Shown: one piece after another, positions 56,937 to 64,000 of the stretch
How positions within the stretch are numbered: position 1 is the stretch's first letter
Layout: each line of letters starts with the position of its first letter
Source of the DNA: an uncultured Bacteroidales bacterium
GTDB taxonomy: Bacteria; Bacteroidota; Bacteroidia; Bacteroidales; VadinHA17
Direction of reading: 5' to 3'
Length of the DNA: 64,000 nt
Assembly: GCA_963732435.1 (NCBI GenBank)
Contig: CAVSZL010000018.1
Span: 24,143 to 88,142 of the forward strand
Program-made: the position numbers and the translations under genes
The notes under the pieces: model-generated
Told to the model about the DNA's origin: nothing
What the model saw: the letters and a program-made list of their open reading frames with translations, nothing else
The model's database searches: none

Positions 56937-57632
56937 TTAAAATCCTGATCCTTTTTAGTGTCATATATCGGACAGGCTGTTGAGGAGCATTTCATCCTGC
57001 CCTGAAGGATTCTTACCCCCCAGGGAATATATCCGGCACACATTAACAAAGCACCGGTTGCACTTATTAATTCTATATCAGGATTGTTAAGTAACAGAAG
57101 GCCTGTTATGATGCATACTGCCTGCCATTTGCTTATATACCTTTCTTTTAATAGTCCAAGTGCCTGTATTGCTGCACCTACCGTTAATAATGGCAGTAAC
57201 CAGACTATCCAGAGTAATCCTTCCTTGTTTACAATTACACTCAGAAAAGGAACAAACGCCTGAAACTGATCCTCAGGCAAAGTGTCGAATGCTGACAGTA
57301 CCAGGCATAAGGCACCCTTATCGACAGCCAGAATGAATGCTCCGAATAAACCAATAATGCCACCCCAAAAACCCAGGCTTTTACCTTTTCCCTGCAATAC
57401 ATTCATAAAACTAATGAGCGCTATCATAATTACCGGGACAGCAAACATTACTATTAAATGTCCGATATGGTAATATGGGCTGATTATGAAACCTTCCAAC
57501 CAGCTGTTCTACAGTATGAAGTGCCTCAAGTTTCAGGAGATTAGGGTGCATTAAAAAGCCAACCAGCAACATTACAGGGAATGCAATAATTGATAATGCA
57601 AAACTCTTCTTTTTAATTTCTTCAATTTTCAT
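56915..57632 (-). pseudogene. Membrane protein (DUF4386-like, tentative) split by a +1 frameshift
   Basis: ORFs 57411-57632 and 56915-57499 join as ...VGRFHNQPYYHIGHL... if one C of a CCC run near 57477-57480 is removed. Confidence 0.7.
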
Positions 57633-57655
57633 GATTTTATAATTTCAATTTTTTG

Positions 57656-60091
57656 TTAAAAATATACCCGGTACATTAAGTTTGGAAAAAATCCAAACGC
57701 AGTATTATAGCCGACTTTACCCGGCTTACTCTCATCGTAATATTCAGCCAATCTGGCCTGATTGTTTGTAAGGTTCATCAGGTCCAGGAAAATTTCGTGT
57801 GTAGCCATTGGTTTGTTGAACTTATAGCTAACCGATAAATTCAGGCGAAAAATATTGTCAAGTTTATTGTTATATGCTTTGCTATAGTCAAAATATCTGT
57901 CGTTTTCGGGTTCAACAGCTACATTTCCCTGAGAATCTCTTATTAAAGGAATATACCGCTGGCCGCCTTCAAAGAAAATTTTTGTATTCAATGCCAGGGT
58001 CTGGTTTTGTTTTTTACCAAGACTTTTAAACTCTTTCCCAAATAAAAAATTCACAATATATTTGTTATTATACCGGGTATTTCGCCATACCCCTTCCAAC
58101 GATTTGTATTTCGAATCGAATAGAGAACTATTCACTAAAAAGTAGAAATTCTTATCAAAAAACCGTTCGAGGGAAATTTCCAGCCCGTAGTTCTTACCAA
58201 TGCCTTTATTAACCAGTTCAACATATTTATAATCTATGCCTTCGTTAATAGTGGAATAAAAACTGGTGTCGTTGTTTTCAACTGGTAAATTGTAAAGAGA
58301 CTGGTAGTATACTTCAATTTTCCCCACTAAATTTTCCGTAATGCGTTTTTCATAACCTAATACATAATGATGGGCCTTTAACAATCCGAGATTTTTATTA
58401 GGTTCAATGTAACTGCCATCGTTTTGCGGGATTTTGGTAAAATAGTTATGTACACTTTCTGTTGTGCTGTGCATACCGTATCCTGCATGCAATGAATTGG
58501 TTTTATTAATATTCCAGTTTATGCTTAATCGGGGTTCAAGTGTGTTTATATTATTGCTTAAAATATTCAGGTTATGTAAACCGGCCACAATAATAATTTT
58601 CTCATTAAAGCTGTGTTTCCAGCTTATATAATTATTTATTGTACTTAAATTATTTTTAAAGTCATTAACATTTATTAAAGAAGCTTCTTCATTACTATAG
58701 ATGTTTTGATTGTAATTGAAGTTATAAAGTGTGTATTTTGTGCCAATTTGAATTTTGTTTTTTGCATTGATTTTATTACTGTAAGTAATTGCCCCTCTGA
58801 TTGCTGAATTCACAATCCTGCTTTGAATCATATGCATTCTTGGAGAAAGGGAATCGTATACTGACTCTCCTTCGTTGGTGTATGTCCTTATTGTATCCGT
58901 CTCATATATATCATCGTTGGCGTTAGTTCCTGAATAGTTAATTGACGTTTTAACAAAGCTTTTTTCGTTAAGTGACAAGACATGGTTCATTCCAAGATTA
59001 GCCAAAGAATTTGCCTTGTAAAAATCTTTACTGGTAAGAGCATTGGATGTTGGTCTGCCTGGTGTGGAAAGACCCTCTGGCCCCATATTATCCATTGAAA
59101 AACCACTTAAACCTCCCAATCCGTAGAAGGAAAAAGTACCTGTTTTTTTAGTAGGCAGAAGTATTTTAAAGGTAGCATCCTGGTAATTCACAACTCCGGG
59201 AACATCCACCAGGCCCATTTTATTAATCAGCGAAATTGTAGAATACCTGTAATTAAAAAGGTATGACCCCGCATAGCCATTTTTAAAAGGACCTTCCAGG
59301 GTAAGTTCTGTCCCCATTAAGCCAATCCCTCCGGTTGCTTCAAACTTTTCGTTATTTCCCGGCCTGAGTTTTACATCGTAAACACAGGATATTACATCAC
59401 CAAATTCTGATGAAAAGGCTCCGGTATAAAAATCAGAAGTGGCTAATAAATTATTATTAAGAGCTGTAAGCGCTCCAAAAGAGGAGTTTTGATCATCCAT
59501 ATGGTACGGACTTGAAATTTCTGCTCCTTCCAAACGCCATTGCATATATTTGGGTGAGTTTCCCCTTGCAATTATGTCACTGCTTCCAGATGGCGTACTT
59601 GCCACACCTGCAAAAGATGATACTACACGTGCAGGATCGTCCATCCCGCCGGTAAAACGCTTGGTTTCTTCAAGTGTGATGGAATGTGTACTTAGCTGCG
59701 ACATGTCGTTTATTGCTTCGCCTTTTTTCTTGTAAGCTTTAATAACGATTTCATCCATTTTTAAAACAGATTCCTGCATTGTTAAATCCAGCACTACTTC
59801 CTTGCCGGAATTTACCAAAATATCTGATATTGACCTTGTTTCATAACCCAGGTAAGATATTTTTATCGCTATTCTGCCTATAGGGATGTTGTCAAATCTA
59901 AAGATCCCATTCATGTCTGTTGCAGTACCAATTAATGGATCGGTTCCAATTATTATCACTGTCGCACCTATGAGCGGCCATTTGTTATCATTGTCAATTA
60001 TGGTTCCCCGCACTGTTTGTTTGAGGTTTTGACTAAAAGCCAATGTTGTTAACATAGCAATTATTAATGTCGTTGAAATAATCCTTTTCAT
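57656..60091 (-). CDS. TonB-dependent receptor with CarboxypepD_reg-like N-terminal domain
   Basis: TVRGTIID...PLIGATV, SYLGY, DDPARVVSSFAGV, RGNSP, LEG.EI..P.H plug; C-terminal YRVYF. Confidence 0.9.
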   Translation of the reverse strand: MKRIISTTLIIAMLTTLAFSQNLKQTVRGTIIDNDNKWPLIGATVIIIGTDPLIGTATDMNGIFRFDNIPIGRIAIKISYLGYETRSISDILVNSGKEVVLDLTMQESVLKMDEIVIKAYKKKGEAINDMSQLSTHSITLEETKRFTGGMDDPARVVSSFAGVASTPSGSSDIIARGNSPKYMQWRLEGAEISSPYHMDDQNSSFGALTALNNNLLATSDFYTGAFSSEFGDVISCVYDVKLRPGNNEKFEATGGIGLMGTELTLEGPFKNGYAGSYLFNYRYSTISLINKMGLVDVPGVVNYQDATFKILLPTKKTGTFSFYGLGGLSGFSMDNMGPEGLSTPGRPTSNALTSKDFYKANSLANLGMNHVLSLNEKSFVKTSINYSGTNANDDIYETDTIRTYTNEGESVYDSLSPRMHMIQSRIVNSAIRGAITYSNKINAKNKIQIGTKYTLYNFNYNQNIYSNEEASLINVNDFKNNLSTINNYISWKHSFNEKIIIVAGLHNLNILSNNINTLEPRLSINWNINKTNSLHAGYGMHSTTESVHNYFTKIPQNDGSYIEPNKNLGLLKAHHYVLGYEKRITENLVGKIEVYYQSLYNLPVENNDTSFYSTINEGIDYKYVELVNKGIGKNYGLEISLERFFDKNFYFLVNSSLFDSKYKSLEGVWRNTRYNNKYIVNFLFGKEFKSLGKKQNQTLALNTKIFFEGGQRYIPLIRDSQGNVAVEPENDRYFDYSKAYNNKLDNIFRLNLSVSYKFNKPMATHEIFLDLMNLTNNQARLAEYYDESKPGKVGYNTAFGFFPNLMYRVYF

Positions 60092-60139
60092 GTCTGTCAG
60101 ATATATTTAATTATTGAAAAACTTATTATTATGTTATTC

Positions 60140-60337
60140 TTATACCGAATTAATCGATATCAGTTTCAGGTTTAAATCCCTTATGATATTTAAAACTCCG
60201 TGCATATGAGCTTCGTCTTTTAGATTTCCAGAAAGAATTGTATTGTCTCCTTCATAGCTAATCTCCATACCTTCAAATCTGTTCTTCCATTTTTTATCAA
60301 GGTGTCCCTGAATTATTATGTTAGTCTTACCTCTCAT
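60140..60337 (-). CDS. Small conserved ACT-like protein, copy 1
   Basis: IQGHLDKKW...FEGMEISYEGDNTILSG..KDE..MHGVLNIIRDLNLKLISIN; start at MRGKTN (60358 also possible). Confidence 0.85.
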   Translation of the reverse strand: MRGKTNIIIQGHLDKKWKNRFEGMEISYEGDNTILSGNLKDEAHMHGVLNIIRDLNLKLISINSV

Positions 60338-60372
60338 GTTCTGATTGATTAAATTCACTGGTAAAATTCGGT

Positions 60373-60424
60373 ATCACCCGACAAAAAAAAATCACCCTCG
60401 CGGGTGATTTGATGGAGTGATTTT
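60373..60424. promoter_or_regulatory. Candidate MalT-like operator, copy 1
   Basis: ATCACCC (60373) ... ATCACCC-TCGC-GGGTGAT-N6-GAGTGATTTT between regulator stop and small gene. Confidence 0.7.
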
Positions 60425-60446
60425 GAAACGATAAGTTATAATTAAA

Positions 60447-63128
60447 CTAAATCAGGCCTATATTTTTTGCTTTAGAAACAGCTTTTACCCGGCTGTCAAC
60501 TTCCAGTTTCAGAAAGATATTCTTTAAATGTGTTTTAATGGTATTTAACGAGATAAAAAGCTTATCCGCAATTTCCTGATTTGACAAATTACTTGCTATA
60601 TACTTAATTATCTCTATTTCCCTGCTGCTCAGCACATCTATATTAGTCATTTTCAAAACTTTCCTATGCCTTTCAATAGCAACCTTAATATTTTCGATAA
60701 ATTGAGGCGGTATTTTTTCGATATAAGCAGGTTTCTTAAAGATTACTGTGAGTAAATCTTCAATTTCACCGATATTATGTATAAAAAACATAACCAGCTT
60801 CTCTGCCGCAGCGTGTTCTAATGCATCGATCAGCTTCTCGTATGCTTTATCGAAGTCGTTTGTCACTTTATAATAAATTGCATAGATAACTTTTACGGCA
60901 ATTAATCTTTCTACTCTTTTGCTGGTATATGTAATTTCATGTAATTGAAAAAGGATGCTACCCGCTTCTTTATTTTGTCCCTGTACAAGAAGATAATAAG
61001 CATATGCCAGGTATACTGCCTCATTTAGGTGATCAATTTTATCTGTTGGGCAGAGTTTTAATTTATTGACAATTAATTTTGCCTTTTCTTCTTGCTTCCT
61101 GTTAAGATAAAACATCAATTTTAAAGATTGTAACATATTATACAGATAGGGCAAAAGTTGATTGTTCTCGCAAAGTTTCTCCGCTTCAAGAATCATCAGT
61201 TCTGATTCCTTTTCTTCACCCCGTGTACTCAATACCATAGAATTGAGCAGGAGTACTGATATTCCAAGCATAATATCTTTACTTTCTTTGTACATCCTGT
61301 AAGCTATCTGCGCAGATTCATATGCTTCATCAGTGTTGCCCCACATATAATGAGTATTGCCAATGGTGACATGTAACCCGGCATATGACCAATCCGAATT
61401 GACAATGTCAGAATAGCCATTATCATTCATATATGTAATAAATTCTGCGCATTTCTCATAAGCTGAGCGATAATGCCCAAGCTGTTGTTCGCTATCTGAC
61501 ATCCGTTGTGCAACAGTGGAGATAAGATGTATGTTATGCGATTGTTTGCCAAATTTGAAAGCTTCATTGAAGGAATTTATACTTTCTGACAGATCACCCA
61601 GACTAAATTGAGCCATGCCAAATGCAAACCATCCCCATCCCAGCCATGATGATTCTTCAGTTCTCAGGTTGTCAAGTGCAATTTTAAAATATTCAATTGT
61701 CTTAGCAGGATTATTTAACTGGGAATGTAAATATGCAGAAGCAACTGTAATTTTACCCCATAAATTCTTTTTATCAGAGCTGCTGTTGTTCAGAATATTA
61801 TTATCGTAATTGCTGTCAAAAAATGTTTCAGCATCATTTAAAAAGATTGCTCCTTTCTGAACCTGCCCTGAAATGATCAAGACCCATGCATAGTATAAAC
61901 AAAAGTTTACATTTTTCTTTATTAACTCTTCCGGCAATATGCTTCCATAGTTCAAAATCGCTACATGATGCCCTTTCTCCCACATTTCTTCAACCACACT
62001 ACCAATCAGTTGTATGCTTTTTTCATGATTTTGAATAGCAATTGCATGTCTAATGGCAAAAACAAACATTTTGTTATTGACAAACCAGTTACAAGCTTTA
62101 TTGTGAAGTTCAATAATGACTTCTTTATATCTCAATTGAAGTCTTTGTTTTAGTAAATCGGCAAACAGATGATGATATCTATACCAATTTCTTTCATCAT
62201 CTAAAGGAATAACAAACATGTTATTTTTTTTCAGTACCTCAAGAGTCTGCTGACTGTCATTTCTATTCAAAACAGTGTTGCATAAAGGAGCCGACATTTG
62301 CTCGAGTATTGATGTCTGTAATAAGAATTCTTTGATGTCGTCGGGTTGAATTTTCAGTACCTCTTCCATCAAATAATCCATGATATAGCTGTTATCTCCC
62401 TTTAAGTCCTGAATAAATTTAGAAGTATCTTCACGACCTTGCATTGATAAGGCCGTTAACTGAAGGCCTGCAATCCAGCCTTCGGTTTTGCTTTCGAGCA
62501 AATTAGCATCCTCAATCGATAATTTTAATTTTAGTTTTTTATTAAAAAGTATTGAAATATCATTTACTGAAAAACCAAGGTCTGATGAACGTATTTCTAT
62601 TAATTGATGTTGACTTCTTAGCTTTGAAATAGAAAGTGCAGGGTCGGAGCGGGAAAGGATTACAATATGGATATTAACAGGAATACGTTCTAATAAAAAA
62701 GTTACTAATTCCAATATATCACTGTTTGTGATTAGTTGAAAATCGTCGAGAACTAATAAAAAATTTAGTTTAATCTGGAGTAAATCGTTTATCAATAAAC
62801 TAACAATTGATTGGTTCGGGGGTTTGTTGGGAGAATTTAAAAGTGTGATTGCGCTTTGTCCAAATGCTGAATGAATACTTTGTATCCCGGCAATAATATA
62901 GTTAAGAAATTCTACCGGGTCATTATCGGCTTTATCAATAGAAAACCAGGCGGTTGGAATTTTATTTTGTTCAATCCAGTCACTCACCACAGTGGTTTTA
63001 CCAAATCCGGCAGGAGCAGAGAGAAGAATCAGCTTTCGACTTAGTCCGGTGTTCAGTTTTTCAAACAACTCTGACCTGTGAACTGTGTTATTTCCTGCAG
63101 GAGGAATATGTAGTTTTGTTAATAGCAT
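60447..63128 (-). CDS. MalT-like STAND ATPase / TPR / LuxR-HTH regulator, copy 1
   Basis: SAPAGFGKTT, LVLDDFQ, TEGWIAGLQ, WYRYHHLF, LSSREIEI...NQEIADKLFISLNTIKTH. Confidence 0.93.
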   Translation of the reverse strand: MLLTKLHIPPAGNNTVHRSELFEKLNTGLSRKLILLSAPAGFGKTTVVSDWIEQNKIPTAWFSIDKADNDPVEFLNYIIAGIQSIHSAFGQSAITLLNSPNKPPNQSIVSLLINDLLQIKLNFLLVLDDFQLITNSDILELVTFLLERIPVNIHIVILSRSDPALSISKLRSQHQLIEIRSSDLGFSVNDISILFNKKLKLKLSIEDANLLESKTEGWIAGLQLTALSMQGREDTSKFIQDLKGDNSYIMDYLMEEVLKIQPDDIKEFLLQTSILEQMSAPLCNTVLNRNDSQQTLEVLKKNNMFVIPLDDERNWYRYHHLFADLLKQRLQLRYKEVIIELHNKACNWFVNNKMFVFAIRHAIAIQNHEKSIQLIGSVVEEMWEKGHHVAILNYGSILPEELIKKNVNFCLYYAWVLIISGQVQKGAIFLNDAETFFDSNYDNNILNNSSSDKKNLWGKITVASAYLHSQLNNPAKTIEYFKIALDNLRTEESSWLGWGWFAFGMAQFSLGDLSESINSFNEAFKFGKQSHNIHLISTVAQRMSDSEQQLGHYRSAYEKCAEFITYMNDNGYSDIVNSDWSYAGLHVTIGNTHYMWGNTDEAYESAQIAYRMYKESKDIMLGISVLLLNSMVLSTRGEEKESELMILEAEKLCENNQLLPYLYNMLQSLKLMFYLNRKQEEKAKLIVNKLKLCPTDKIDHLNEAVYLAYAYYLLVQGQNKEAGSILFQLHEITYTSKRVERLIAVKVIYAIYYKVTNDFDKAYEKLIDALEHAAAEKLVMFFIHNIGEIEDLLTVIFKKPAYIEKIPPQFIENIKVAIERHRKVLKMTNIDVLSSREIEIIKYIASNLSNQEIADKLFISLNTIKTHLKNIFLKLEVDSRVKAVSKAKNIGLI

Positions 63129-63294
63129 GCGTGAAATTAAGAAATATTATGATAGCAAGATTATTTCTTCCATGAAAATCAGCAGTTTGAGGTATGTAAA
63201 GGAGAGAGGTAATTGAAACAATATCTATTCCGAAATAAGATAGAATTAAGAATACTACTTAAACTCCATTGAAATGCCAGCCACTTAAAAATAC

Positions 63295-63326
63295 AAAGCC
63301 TCGATATAATCATATATCAAGGCTTT
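63295..63326 (-). terminator. Hairpin/terminator downstream of tRNA-Arg
   Basis: AAAGCC-TCGATATA-ATCA-TATATCAA-GGCTTT; a T run follows on the minus strand. Confidence 0.7.
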
Positions 63327-63343
63327 CTCTTGTTTTATTTATG

Positions 63344-63415
63344 TAGCCCCACCAGGAATCGAACCTGAATCTAAGGTTTAGGAAACCTCCATTCTATCCA
63401 TTGAACTATGGGGCC
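63344..63415 (-). tRNA. tRNA-Arg (anticodon CCT)
   Basis: GGCCCCATAGTTCAATGGATAGAATGGAGGTTTCCTAAACCTTAGATTCAGGTTCGATTCCTGGTGGGGCTA folds as a cloverleaf; CCA not encoded. Confidence 0.96.
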
Positions 63416-63500
63416 AGTTTGAAGCGCAAAAGTATACTAATTTTTCCTTATTACAAACCTTAGGGTGTTGCGAAGAGTTACGACGAAGCGATTCTTTGAC

Positions 63501-64000
63501 CTACACCAGCTTCTTATATTTTATTCTTACCGGAGTTGTATCTGCAACGCGCTTTTTATAGTTTTCTTCGTAATCGGAATAGTTCCCTTCGAACCACACT
63601 ACCTTTGAGTTGCCTTCAAACGCAAGCATGTGTGTTGCAACCCTGTCGAGGAACCACCTGTCGTGTGATATTATCACTGCACATCCTGCAAAGTTCTCGA
63701 GACCTTCCTCAAGTGCTCTCAGAGTATTTACATCTATATCGTTTGTTGGTTCGTCGAGAAGCAGAACATTTGCACCCGATTTAAGTGTTAAAGCAAGATG
63801 AAGCCTGTTTCTTTCACCACCCGATAGTACACCGCATTTCTTCTCCTGATCGGCTCCTGTGAAAGTTAAACCTTGCAACATAGGCCCTTGCATTTACAAG
63901 CCTGTTGCCAACCATTATATCGTTCTGACCGCCTGAAATAACCTCATATACTGTTTTTGCAGGATCAATTTCAGAATGCGCCTGATCAACATAACCCAGG
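63501..64000 (-). CDS. ettA: ABC-F translational throttle EttA, 3' part (partial), with an apparent +1 frameshift
   Basis: [16 protein letters not shown]...[11 protein letters not shown] / [22 protein letters not shown]...[11 protein letters not shown]...[13 protein letters not shown]; extra T at 63862-63864. Confidence 0.9.

Noticed and set aside
63865-63893. MQGPML start of the ettA ORF in the track
   Set aside because: Artefact of the +1 frameshift; the real reading frame continues upstream beyond the window end.
1-64000. Integrase, transposase or relaxase for the accessory region
   Set aside because: No ORF with tyrosine-recombinase (R..H..R..H..Y), serine-recombinase, DDE or HUH signatures was recognised, so no mobile_element feature is called.

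Overview
Low-GC bacterial DNA, most likely Bacteroidota (Bacteroidales-like). This is inferred from the CzcA-TolC fusion, the CarboxypepD-type TonB-dependent receptor, the padR-pspC layout and TAnnTTTG promoter boxes. The window has four parts. (1) 1-20.6 kb: stress and transport genes, including pspC/padR, nitroreductase, DsrE, a MOT1-type transporter, peroxiredoxin, a minus-strand fasciclin / CarH-type B12 photoreceptor / SOUL / YyaL cluster, and a Czc-type RND efflux pair. (2) 21.1-40.5 kb: a strictly plus-strand run of about 20 unrelated, mostly single genes, including a HigBA toxin-antitoxin pair and several broken genes. Many are separated by imperfect palindromes with attC-like ends (..TAAC/TGAC/CAAC ... 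GTTA/GTTG..), four of which form one composite repeat family. This resembles an integron-like cassette array, but no integrase is in the window. (3) 40.6-63.1 kb: a strictly minus-strand block dominated by a duplicated module. It has two ~894-aa MalT-like STAND-LuxR regulators, three copies of a ~70-aa ACT-like protein, three copies of an ATCACCC-N4-GGGTGAT-N5/6-GGGTGAT motif, and outer-membrane cargo with near-identical signal peptides. (4) tRNA-Arg(CCT) and the 3' part of ettA. Several single-base frameshifts, including one in ettA, suggest indel errors in the assembly, so pseudogene calls need caution. No CRISPR array, rRNA, transposase or integrase was found.
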